Shown here: positions 33,910 through 43,102 of the stretch, piece after piece
How the letters are laid out: each line of letters starts with the position of its first letter
How positions within the stretch are numbered: position 1 is the stretch's first letter
Assembly: GCA_965216875.1 (NCBI GenBank)
Contig: OZ244207.1
Span: forward strand, 3,968,001 to 4,032,000
Direction of reading: 5' to 3'
Source of the DNA: Rubripirellula sp.
GTDB taxonomy: Bacteria; Planctomycetota; Planctomycetia; Pirellulales; Pirellulaceae
Length of the DNA: 64,000 nt
Program-made: the position numbers and the translations under genes
The notes under the pieces: model-generated
What the model saw: the letters and a program-made list of their open reading frames with translations, nothing else
Database searches by the model: none
Told to the model about the DNA's origin: nothing

Positions 33910-36900
33910 ATGAGCAATCAACTCAACCCAAGCGTGCTTCGCAAACTCGACGACTTTCAAAGCCGACGACGACAGCTGATCGTCTCGCGCGGAATCTGTG
34001 CGGGCGTGGTCTGCACGGTGGCGGTGCTAATCGTCGTCGCGTTGGCCGACTGGCTTGTCTACCTTTCGGATCCGCTGCGCTGGTTTCTTAGCTTGGCCGC
34101 CTACGCTGCCATCGGCACCGCGATCTGGATGACCTGCGTGCGACTGCTGCTGCAAAACCAAAACTCATCACAGACCGCCAAACTTGTTGAACAAGCCGAT
34201 CCGTCGCTTCGCGAAGACTTGGTCTCGGCCGTCGAACTGTCCGATCCTGATGCCGAACGCCCCTGGCATTCCGTCGCGTTCCGATCGGTGCTTCAACAAG
34301 ATGTTTCCGAGCGAATGAGCGGGGTGCGCGTTGAGTCGCTGTTGCCGTGGGCAATGATTCGTCGCTGGTTGAACGTCGCATTGGCGGCGATGATCGTACT
34401 GCTGATCCTGCTTAGCATTCCAAGCTTGCAGTTCGGACGTCGCGTGACGCGAGCCATGTTGCCGATGGCCGATATCGATCGCGTTTCATTGACGCGCGTT
34501 GAAATCCTTGCACCCAACCCACCCGACGCTTCGGTGGCAACGGGAGATCAAGTTGACATTCAAGTTCGCATCGGCGGTCCGTCGCCCAGTGATACCGTCA
34601 CGCTCGAAACGACCAAAGAGGGTGGCGAACCCACGCACACCGCGATGACACCGGTGCCTGGGCAATCGCGCACTTATCAAGCTCAGGTGCGCATGGGGCC
34701 GCAATCGATTCAGTACCGCATTCTTGCCAACGACACTCGCACCAACACGCACGTACTGACGTCCCGCGAACGACCACAGGTGGTCTCATTCACCAAGACG
34801 TTTCGATTTCCCGATTACCTCAACCGAAAACCGCTCATCGAAACTGACACGCTCGGTGACTTGGTCGCATTAGAAGGCACCGAGGTCGACTTGGTGATCG
34901 ATGTCAATCAACCCGTTGACGTTGCCAACCTGGTGATCAGCACGACACTGGGTGATTCCACGTTGCCGATGAAGCAGACAGCGGGAACCGAAAGTGCCCC
35001 CAATCGCATGCAAGCGACCATCCCGATCAACGCGACGGGAACCTACAAGATCCATTTGGTCGGCTCAAAGTCAAAATTAGAAAACAAGTTCAGTCCCGAG
35101 TATGTCATCGGCGCCGATCCTGACAAACCGCCCACCGTTCGACTCGAACAACCGCCGCCGGCAATCTTGATTCCTTCCGATGAGATCGTCTCGATCAAAG
35201 GGGTTGCCGAGGACGACTGGGCGCTCGACCGAGTCGAACAGTTGATTCGCGTCGGCGACGCCGATTGGCAAGTCGTGAAAACGTTCCAGCCTGATCAAGC
35301 GACCGCCCAATGGGAACTCGAACAAGCTTGGGACCTTTATCCGCTCAAGCTTGCTCCCGGAAACGTCGCGTTCACCAAGCTCGTTGCCATCGACAAGAAG
35401 GGAGGCCGCGGCGAAAGCCAGACGGTGCGCGCGGTCATCAGTTCACACGAATTTGATCCGCAGCGTTGGAATGCACTCACACTGGCTCGCGCGGCGCACG
35501 ACAAACTTGTTGAGCTCCAAGCCGCCTCGGAAGTGCTCAAACGTGTTGTCGGTTCTTACGGTGGCGACAACGATCTTCCTGGTGCCCTTCAAGCCGCAGC
35601 CAACTGTGACGCGAAAGCGGGCGAGGCAATGTCGGCAATCGAGGCGGCGACAGCGGCCTCGCTCGGCGGTCGTGACGCAATCGATCTGGTGAGCGTAGGG
35701 CAATCGATCGCGCGAGCTTCTAACGTCGGCACCGGATTCGTACGCGAACATTTGGCGACGGACGATCGAGACGCAGCAAAGACGGCCGCTAACTTCGTGC
35801 ATTCGCGAGTCTCGGGTGCGTCCGATGCATTCGACCATCTACTGCGACTCTCGGAAACGGCCGCAGTCGCAAGTGACCTGTTGGCACTGCAAAAGATGCA
35901 CGGCACCGCGTTATCACGCCTCGACCAAGGCGGCCCCGAGCGACTGATGCACCGCATGCAAGCCATCGCCGGCGAAGCCGCGATCATGGCATCGATGGTC
36001 GACGCCATGTCAAAGCATGCCGACGCGACCGAATCGCGCGTGCTCGAACAAGTCGCCATCGACTTGCGGCAACTCGAATCGGCCGGTCTCGGAAATATCG
36101 ATCGCAGCGCTGTTGAATCGATTGAGCGTCCACTCGAAACGGCCTCCGAAAACGCGATGTCACTCTTCCGCGACACGCTTCTCGCCTCCGTCAACCCTCG
36201 AAAACAACTCTCCAAAGTCGCTGGCGATAGCGACACCGTTGCCGCGCGAATCGTCAATTTCACAACCAAGCGTCTCGGCGCTGCCGACGACGACCAAGCC
36301 AAAGCGGACCAGCTTGCCGCGGCTGCTTACGACGCCGCGATTGCAAACCTCATGACGATCGCATCCCTTCAACAGGCTCGACCCGACACCGACGCTGGCT
36401 ATGTCGCCGACTCGGCGCGCGCTTGGCGCGCACTGGAATCGGTCCGCACCCGGATCGAATTGGGGCAGCTTCCTGCGTCCGACGAACCGGCAGCCGTGCA
36501 GAACATTGTCGAGTCTCTTGAAGTGATCAACATCGTCCACCAGCTTGACGATTTGATCGGCGTTGTTTCCACCATGGCGACACGCGACGCCAAACCGCGC
36601 ATTCAATTGACCGACTCGGAACAAACCTCCGAAACCATGGTCAGCCCGAGTGACTGGTTCAGTGCCGAAAACCAGTACGAGCATCTCGGCAATCGGCTCG
36701 CCGCATCGGATTTGCCCAAAGAGGCGGGTAGCGCCATCTCAAAAACGCGCCGCAGCAACGATTACCTCGCCGTCCGCAAGGAGATGATCGCACGTCCGAA
36801 ATTGGGCCGACCGATCGTCGCCAAGACCGAGGAACTCAAACGGCTGCTCGCCGAACTCAAACGCGTGCGTGCACTTCTAGAAAATGACCTGGAACAAGCG

Positions 36901-39900
36901 CGTGACGCGATGATTCAGCTGGCACCAACGATCGACGAAATGATGGAACAGCTCGCCGATCAAGCTGCCGAAGACGCGGCCGACCTGGAGGCACTTGCCG
37001 ATCAAGAGCTTGCCGATGCCGAACTCGCCGAAGAAATCGCAAAACAACTTGCCGAGCTCGAAGAGCTCGAGCAACAGATGGATCGGTTGCGAGACGCGCT
37101 CCGCGAAGACGCCAACGAACAAGAAGTGTTCAATCAAGAAGGCCGCGAACGCATGCGTGACAACGATGCCGCTTTGGCCATGCTTGAAGATCAACCCGCC
37201 CAACAACAGCAATTGCTTGAGGAAGCGGCCAGCGTCGAGGGTGAACCGCAACGCGATGCACTTGAGCAAGCTGCCGATCGCCAAGCTGAGTTGGCGAATG
37301 AGCTGCAACAACTTGCCGAGCACTATGAGAACTTGCGTGAAGGCGATGCCGACGAGTCAAGGCAACGCTTACGCGATGCCGAGCAGGAGCTGGGAATCCG
37401 AGAACAGCTCGAAGCGAGACAGCAAGAGATGGAACGGCTCGCCGAACTCGCAGAGCTTTCCGCGGAAGAAGCCATCGACGAGCTGGAACAGGAGCTTCAA
37501 GAAAACGAAGCGATGCAACGTCAGCTCGACGCAATCACACAGCGTCAGATGCAACAAGCACAATCGAATCTTGCCAATGCCGAAGCGCAGCAACAACAGG
37601 TCGCTGAAACCGCACAGCGAATGGCAGACGCACCTCAGCGCTGGCAAGACGAACTGACGCAACTGCAGCAGGATGCCCGCGAACTGGCGGAACAAGAAGT
37701 CGCGCAAGCCGAAGAGGCTGTCGAGCAGGCAATCGAAAACGACCAACCGGTTGGCGAGCAAGACAAAGCGGCCGACGCTATCGACCAGGCACGACAACAA
37801 CTTCAAGAAGCCGCCCAACAAGCGGAGCAGGGCGCACGAGATGCAAACGACGGTGGTGAGATCGCCGAAGCGGCGCGCCAAGCCGCACAGTCTGCCCGCC
37901 AAGCTGCCAATGAACTGCGTGAGGCCGAAGAGCAAACCAACGACTCAAACGAGCCTTCGCCCGCGGCGGACGAAACGCGACAGGCCGCCGAGCAAGCCGA
38001 GCAGTTGGCCGATCGTGCGGAGCAGCTCGCCCGTCAAATCAGCCAAGGCCAACAGCAACTCCAGCAAGGTGCCGAACGCAGTTTGGCGAACAGCCGTCGA
38101 CAGCAACAAGTCGCTGACCGCTTGGATGCAGCCCAACAAAGCCTCCGCCAAGCATCACGCAACGAGCGCAGGCGAGGTCGTGAGGATTCGGCGGATCAAC
38201 TGGAACAGATCGCGGACGAAACCGAAGCTGCCGCCGAAATGCTCGAACAAACGCGACAAGACGCTTCACAGTCAAACGGCCCAAGCGAACCTCAATCGCT
38301 CGAACAACTCGGCGATGACCTCGAGGAAGTGGAAGAAGCGATCACGCAAGCCGCCGACCAACTTGATGAAATGTTGGGAACGCAGCGCCGTGCCGATGGC
38401 CAACGGCAAACCCAACCGCCGCAAAACGGACAAGCAGATCGCCAGAACGAGCCAGGTCGCCAGAACGCGCCAGGTCGCCAGAACGCGCCGCAAAACCGAG
38501 ACGCCGCGCAAGCGGGTGACGCCCAACGCAACCAGGATGGCAACCAGGAAGCAGGCAACCAAAACCAACGCCAAGAAAACTCGGGCCGAGAAAACCAGTC
38601 ACCGCCTCAAGGCCAGCCGAACGCAGGCGAAGACCAAAACGTAAATCAAGAAGGTGGCCAGCCGCGAGAACAAAACGGCGAAAGCAATTTCTCGGACGAA
38701 GTGTCACGTGAACTCGCCCAGGCATTGAACGACCTGGATCGGCAAGTCAACGAACCGGCACCAAGGCAACCGCCAACTCCAGCTGAAGATGCCCAGGCCG
38801 GCAACGCACAACCTCCGGCCGACAACGCCCAACCTCAGCAAGGTGAATCTCAGGTTGGCAATCCGCCCAACGATCCAGCAGCTGAAGCGCCGATGCAGCC
38901 CAACGGCCAAGCCGATCAGCCGCCGGCCGACAACGCTCCGTCAGGGCAGCCGACCAGCCGACAATCACAACAAGGGCAAAACGAGCAAGGACAGCAAGCC
39001 GACGGCAATCCACCGCCTCAAGGGGGCGAGCAAGGTGAGCCTGCGCAGAACGGGCAAGCCGCTGGCAATCAAAACGGCCAAGAGACCGCGCAAGGCAATG
39101 AACCCCAGCAGGGTGAACCGAACGCAGGTCAGCAAGACAGCCAACAGGGTGCGCAAAGTCCGTCCGGCCAGCAAGAACAAAACGGGCAAGGCCAACAAGG
39201 ACAGCAGGGCGCGTCCCAGCAAGGCGGACAATCAGGTCAACAAGGCGAGCAAGGTCAGTCCGGCCAGCAAGGACAAAGCGGGCAAGGACAGCAAGGACAA
39301 CAGGGCGCGTCGCAGCAAGGCGGACAATCAGGGCAACAAGGCGAGCAAGGTCAGTCCGGTCAGCAAGGACAAAACGGACAAGGCCAACAAGGACAACAGG
39401 GCGCGTCGCAGCAAGGTGGACAATCGGGACAACAAGGGGCGCAAGGTCAGTCCGGTCAGCAAGGACAAAACGCTCAAGGACAACAGGACGCGTCGCAGCA
39501 AGGTGGACAATCAGGGCAACAAGGTGCGCAAGGTCAGTCCGGCCAGCAAGGACAGAGCGGACAAGGCCAGCAGGGTCAACAGGGCGCGTCGCAGCAAGGT
39601 GGACATTCGGGGCAACAAGGTGCGCAAGGTCAGTCCGGCCAGCAAGGACAAAGCGGCGGACAATCGGGACAACAAGGTGCGCAAGGTCAGTCCGGTCAGC
39701 AAGGACAAAGCGGGCAAGGCCAGCAAGGCGGTCAAGGTTCCTCAGGTGGTCAAGGCGGCTCGCCAAACTCAAGCCAAGGGCAAGCGAGCGGGGGAGGGCA
39801 GTCGGGTGGACAATCTGCGAACGTCGATCCGAACGGCCTCGACAACTCGCTGCCTCCTGACGCTCCGATGCAACCTGCGACAACGCCAACCGAGGAAGCG

Positions 39901-40212
39901 CTCGTGCAAGCGGCGCAATCCCTGTCACGCGATCACGCCCGCGGCCGGTGCCCACCGGGACGAAGCGGACCTCCGAGTCCGATGGGTGATGGCTATGCCT
40001 CGCTGCCAAGTGGCGCGCCGGCGGAGGCCGCGCCCGAGGACTTTGAACCGCTTCCGCCGCTCGAGGAAATGAAAGATGCCGATTGGGCAAAACTGCCGCC
40101 GAAGATTGCAAACGATCTGTTAAATGGTCGCCGTGAAAAGATATCGCCAGAGTATCGTCGCGCGATTGAAACCTACTTTCGCTTGATCGCCGAAACGTCG
40201 AGGGAAGAGTAA
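33910..40212 (+). CDS. Giant membrane-anchored coiled-coil protein (DUF4175-like) with Gln/Gly-rich tail
   Basis: Three N-terminal TM, Ig-like region (PDYL, DKPPTV, AEDDWAL), long E/Q/A heptad region, QG repeats, terminal WAKLPP...PEYRRAIETYF. Confidence 0.88.
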   Translation: MSNQLNPSVLRKLDDFQSRRRQLIVSRGICAGVVCTVAVLIVVALADWLVYLSDPLRWFLSLAAYAAIGTAIWMTCVRLLLQNQNSSQTAKLVEQADPSLREDLVSAVELSDPDAERPWHSVAFRSVLQQDVSERMSGVRVESLLPWAMIRRWLNVALAAMIVLLILLSIPSLQFGRRVTRAMLPMADIDRVSLTRVEILAPNPPDASVATGDQVDIQVRIGGPSPSDTVTLETTKEGGEPTHTAMTPVPGQSRTYQAQVRMGPQSIQYRILANDTRTNTHVLTSRERPQVVSFTKTFRFPDYLNRKPLIETDTLGDLVALEGTEVDLVIDVNQPVDVANLVISTTLGDSTLPMKQTAGTESAPNRMQATIPINATGTYKIHLVGSKSKLENKFSPEYVIGADPDKPPTVRLEQPPPAILIPSDEIVSIKGVAEDDWALDRVEQLIRVGDADWQVVKTFQPDQATAQWELEQAWDLYPLKLAPGNVAFTKLVAIDKKGGRGESQTVRAVISSHEFDPQRWNALTLARAAHDKLVELQAASEVLKRVVGSYGGDNDLPGALQAAANCDAKAGEAMSAIEAATAASLGGRDAIDLVSVGQSIARASNVGTGFVREHLATDDRDAAKTAANFVHSRVSGASDAFDHLLRLSETAAVASDLLALQKMHGTALSRLDQGGPERLMHRMQAIAGEAAIMASMVDAMSKHADATESRVLEQVAIDLRQLESAGLGNIDRSAVESIERPLETASENAMSLFRDTLLASVNPRKQLSKVAGDSDTVAARIVNFTTKRLGAADDDQAKADQLAAAAYDAAIANLMTIASLQQARPDTDAGYVADSARAWRALESVRTRIELGQLPASDEPAAVQNIVESLEVINIVHQLDDLIGVVSTMATRDAKPRIQLTDSEQTSETMVSPSDWFSAENQYEHLGNRLAASDLPKEAGSAISKTRRSNDYLAVRKEMIARPKLGRPIVAKTEELKRLLAELKRVRALLENDLEQARDAMIQLAPTIDEMMEQLADQAAEDAADLEALADQELADAELAEEIAKQLAELEELEQQMDRLRDALREDANEQEVFNQEGRERMRDNDAALAMLEDQPAQQQQLLEEAASVEGEPQRDALEQAADRQAELANELQQLAEHYENLREGDADESRQRLRDAEQELGIREQLEARQQEMERLAELAELSAEEAIDELEQELQENEAMQRQLDAITQRQMQQAQSNLANAEAQQQQVAETAQRMADAPQRWQDELTQLQQDARELAEQEVAQAEEAVEQAIENDQPVGEQDKAADAIDQARQQLQEAAQQAEQGARDANDGGEIAEAARQAAQSARQAANELREAEEQTNDSNEPSPAADETRQAAEQAEQLADRAEQLARQISQGQQQLQQGAERSLANSRRQQQVADRLDAAQQSLRQASRNERRRGREDSADQLEQIADETEAAAEMLEQTRQDASQSNGPSEPQSLEQLGDDLEEVEEAITQAADQLDEMLGTQRRADGQRQTQPPQNGQADRQNEPGRQNAPGRQNAPQNRDAAQAGDAQRNQDGNQEAGNQNQRQENSGRENQSPPQGQPNAGEDQNVNQEGGQPREQNGESNFSDEVSRELAQALNDLDRQVNEPAPRQPPTPAEDAQAGNAQPPADNAQPQQGESQVGNPPNDPAAEAPMQPNGQADQPPADNAPSGQPTSRQSQQGQNEQGQQADGNPPPQGGEQGEPAQNGQAAGNQNGQETAQGNEPQQGEPNAGQQDSQQGAQSPSGQQEQNGQGQQGQQGASQQGGQSGQQGEQGQSGQQGQSGQGQQGQQGASQQGGQSGQQGEQGQSGQQGQNGQGQQGQQGASQQGGQSGQQGAQGQSGQQGQNAQGQQDASQQGGQSGQQGAQGQSGQQGQSGQGQQGQQGASQQGGHSGQQGAQGQSGQQGQSGGQSGQQGAQGQSGQQGQSGQGQQGGQGSSGGQGGSPNSSQGQASGGGQSGGQSANVDPNGLDNSLPPDAPMQPATTPTEEALVQAAQSLSRDHARGRCPPGRSGPPSPMGDGYASLPSGAPAEAAPEDFEPLPPLEEMKDADWAKLPPKIANDLLNGRREKISPEYRRAIETYFRLIAETSREE
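39184..39725 (+). repeat. Coding tandem repeat, 96-nt (32-aa) Gln/Gly unit, about 5-6 copies
   Basis: Anchor cagg(g/a)cgcgtc at 39205, 39301, 39397, 39484, 39580 (spacings 96, 96, 87, 96). Confidence 0.92.
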
Positions 40213-41277
40213 ATGAAGATTCCCGTCATCTTGTGCTTCCTCGCGATCACAGCTGGCCTTTGCTTTGCCCCGGCAAACGCAACCGCGGACAATCCGTTTC
40301 AAAAAGACGAAGTGGATGCTGCGATTGCCGATGGCATCTCCTACCTCATGGGCGAACAGGTTGTTCAAGGTCGTCTGAGCGGAGCGATCATTGACGGCCA
40401 GAACCGCAGCAACCGGACGGCGATGACGGCGCTCGCGATCATGGCTATGGCTGCGGTCGGACATCAACCGACCGACCCGACTCCCGAAGGCGACACGATG
40501 CGCATGGCGCTCGACTTCGTGCTGCACCCCGACAATATTCAAGAAGACCAATACTTTGGAGCCGACGGATCGCGAATGTACGGTCACGGCATCATCACGT
40601 TGATGCTCGCCGAGATGCTGGGGATGGGAATTGACGATGAACAAGACGCGTTGATTCGCGAGCGTCTCGAGCGGGCAGTGGCGCTGATCCTGGCTTCCCA
40701 GCGTGTGCGGAAGGGCTACAAGCACTTGGGTGGTTGGCGTTACACGCCGAAAACCAAAGAATCGGATCTTTCAGTGAGCGTTTGGCAAGTGATGGCACTT
40801 CGCTCTGCAAAGAACGCCGGTCTTCCCGTCCCCAAAGAGTCGATCGATCTCGCCATTGAATACATCCGCCGTTGTTACCATGACGGTCAGGGTGGGTTTG
40901 GTTACCAACCAGGCCGACCGCCCGACTATGCGATGGTGGCCGCCGGTGTGCTTTCAATGCAAGTCTGTGGTGCCTATGACGCCGAAGAGGTTTTGACGGC
41001 TGCCGATTGGCTGCACCAACGCGAACTCGACAGCAACAAGAATTGGTTCTTCTACGGCAGCTATTACTATGCCCAAGGGATGTACCAACGTGGCGGACGC
41101 TATTCGGATCGAGCGCGAGGGCGTGTCGAAGACTTGATGCTAAGGATCCAGCATGATGGCGGCTATTGGGCAGCAGTCGGCGGGCAAGAACGTTCGGCCG
41201 GCCGTATCTACGCAACCTCGATGGCCATCCTCAGCCTGTCGGTCAAGTATCACTATCTGCCAATCTACCAGCGATAG
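40213..41277 (+). CDS. Secreted prenyltransferase/squalene-oxidase-repeat alpha/alpha barrel protein
   Basis: Signal peptide, MYGHGIITLMLAE, GGWRY, DLSVSVWQVMALRSAKNAG, GGFGY, YYYAQ, YLPIYQR; starts immediately after upstream TAA. Confidence 0.9.
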   Translation: MKIPVILCFLAITAGLCFAPANATADNPFQKDEVDAAIADGISYLMGEQVVQGRLSGAIIDGQNRSNRTAMTALAIMAMAAVGHQPTDPTPEGDTMRMALDFVLHPDNIQEDQYFGADGSRMYGHGIITLMLAEMLGMGIDDEQDALIRERLERAVALILASQRVRKGYKHLGGWRYTPKTKESDLSVSVWQVMALRSAKNAGLPVPKESIDLAIEYIRRCYHDGQGGFGYQPGRPPDYAMVAAGVLSMQVCGAYDAEEVLTAADWLHQRELDSNKNWFFYGSYYYAQGMYQRGGRYSDRARGRVEDLMLRIQHDGGYWAAVGGQERSAGRIYATSMAILSLSVKYHYLPIYQR

Positions 41278-42345
41278 TCACTCCAGCTCCAACCGAAGCG
41301 CATCGATGCGCACGAGTGTTGGCACTTGGACGTCGAGCATCATCAGATCGACAAAGCGCATCGATTCCAGATTGAGCTCGCGATCATCGGGCCCGTCAAT
41401 CAACGCCTGACGAGGAATCGAAACACGCACGGATTCGCCGGGTCCCAAATCCCACTGCTTGCGAAACGTATCCTCATGTTTGCCGTTGTGGTCGCTGTCA
41501 GTCACTTTCAACATGAAGGTGGCCTGTGGCAAGTCATGACTTGCATCCAGCGTCACATCGACACAGAGCGACTTGACCTGAGACCAATCAGGGATCATTT
41601 CCACAAGTGTCGCCGACGGATACTCACCCGGTTCGTAAAGCACTTCCATCGAGTACTTGCCGGTGGTTGCGTCTTGCTTCGAGCGTCGCGGTTGACAACC
41701 ACGAAAGAAAAACCGCTGGAATTCGGTTTCCGTTTCGAACGAAGCCAACATCGGAAACTGCGTGTACTTGGCCGCGACGTCCAGCAACATGGCCACGGGG
41801 CCCCACCAAGCCACAACCAGCAACACGCAAGTCGCCAATCGCAATGTCCTCGGCAAGGACTTTTCACCAGGGCGTTGTTTTCGAACCAACATCGCCCAAT
41901 ACCAAAACAGTGCCGCGGTGATTCCCAATCCGTTGGCAACTGCATCGTGGATCGCAAAGCTTCGTCCACTGTAGGCTTGCGCGAATTCAATCCCAACGCC
42001 AAACAAGAACAACGCCATCCCGACCACGACCGAACGAACGACAAAAGCTCCGTCAGCGAACGATTGGCCGTCCATCGACAGGTCCGGTTCACTCGCGGGA
42101 GTGCTGACATCGATTGGCCAGACAAAGTTCCAAAGCAAGAGCACGCCCAAGGTCATCCCGCCGAAAAGGGGAGCGTGCATCAGATCGCCTAAAGCAACGG
42201 CCGCTCGACCACCAAACGGAATCGGGATCAGCAGGCCAGCGATCACGAACACAAGCGCTGTACCAGCAATCACCAGCGCACGGCGGAACCGACTGGGATA
42301 GGGAGGCGTTAGGTCGGCATCGGTTTCCAAACGTCGTTTTTCCAT
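41278..42345 (-). CDS. VanZ-like membrane protein with C-terminal soluble beta-sandwich-like domain
   Basis: DLMHAPLF, IEFAQAYSGRSFAIHDAVANGLG (VanZ pattern), multiple TM. Confidence 0.75.
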   Translation of the reverse strand: MEKRRLETDADLTPPYPSRFRRALVIAGTALVFVIAGLLIPIPFGGRAAVALGDLMHAPLFGGMTLGVLLLWNFVWPIDVSTPASEPDLSMDGQSFADGAFVVRSVVVGMALFLFGVGIEFAQAYSGRSFAIHDAVANGLGITAALFWYWAMLVRKQRPGEKSLPRTLRLATCVLLVVAWWGPVAMLLDVAAKYTQFPMLASFETETEFQRFFFRGCQPRRSKQDATTGKYSMEVLYEPGEYPSATLVEMIPDWSQVKSLCVDVTLDASHDLPQATFMLKVTDSDHNGKHEDTFRKQWDLGPGESVRVSIPRQALIDGPDDRELNLESMRFVDLMMLDVQVPTLVRIDALRLELE

Positions 42346-42479
42346 CAACCTCGGCAGCAAATCATGTTAACAATGAACGATTCTCGCCTCTTGCCGCCTT
42401 CGTCAGGTTTGGCAGCGTACACGATTCTGTACAATCTGCCGATCCTTCATCCAACCAACTGAATCAGATCGAGAATTCA

Positions 42480-42902
42480 ATGGCGCGACGCGTACTCATC
42501 CTATGCACGGGCAACTCTTGCCGTTCGCAAATGGCCGAATACCTGTGGAACCAGCTTGGCGAAGGCCAGTGGCAAGCAGAATCGGCGGGTTCCAAACCCG
42601 CGGGATATGTTCACCCGTTGGCGATCGAGGCGATGAAGGAACTTGGCGAAGACCTGTCCAGCGCCGAGAGCAAGCACGTCGACCAGTTCGTTGACCAATC
42701 GATCGACTTGGTCATCACGGTCTGCGATTCGGCCAAGGAGAACTGTCCCGTGCTGCCCGGGGTCCAACAAACGCTCCACTGGCCGTTCTACGATCCAGCC
42801 GACGCCGAAGGGAGTGACGAGGAAAAACTGGCCGTTTTCCGCCAGGTACGCGACCAAATCCGGGACCGTATCGAGACGTATCTCCGCGACGAGATCACGT
42901 AG
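42480..42902 (+). CDS. arsC: Arsenate reductase ArsC (LMW-PTP fold, thioredoxin type)
   Basis: CTGNSCRSQMAE P-loop, TVCDSAKENCP, HWPFYDP. Confidence 0.9.
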   Translation: MARRVLILCTGNSCRSQMAEYLWNQLGEGQWQAESAGSKPAGYVHPLAIEAMKELGEDLSSAESKHVDQFVDQSIDLVITVCDSAKENCPVLPGVQQTLHWPFYDPADAEGSDEEKLAVFRQVRDQIRDRIETYLRDEIT

Positions 42903-42988
42903 GCCGGCTCAAGGAGCGACAGCGAAACAGATCCGGCACAGATGATTTGATAAAGCAAGGCCCGACGCTAGCTAGCGCGTTCGGCTCA
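42899..42988. repeat. REP-like family A (42899-42938) plus family D (42957-42988)
   Basis: gtaggccggctcaaggagcgacagcgaaacagatccggca; aaggcccgacgctagctagcgcgttcggctca. Confidence 0.8.
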
Positions 42989-43102
42989 GGCAAAAAACGC
43001 GAAAAACTTTCGAAATCTCCAATCCAGCTCCCTGGGTCGTTCGTCTTTCTATTAGCAGGCGAGTTTTCTGCGCATCCACCGACTGACCCATCGGAGCTGA
43101 CG

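Noticed and set aside
39184..39725. Possible CRISPR array
   Set aside because: Repeats are contiguous, in frame and coding, with no unique spacers or cas genes.
38747..40111. 454-aa minus and 427-aa plus repetitive ORFs
   Set aside because: Alternative-frame read-outs of the Gln/Gly repeat.
40213..41277. Terpene or hopanoid biosynthesis cluster
   Set aside because: No DXDD motif, has a signal peptide, and no isoprenoid pathway genes nearby.
42480..42902. Arsenic resistance island
   Set aside because: arsC is solitary; no arsR, acr3/arsB or mobility genes.
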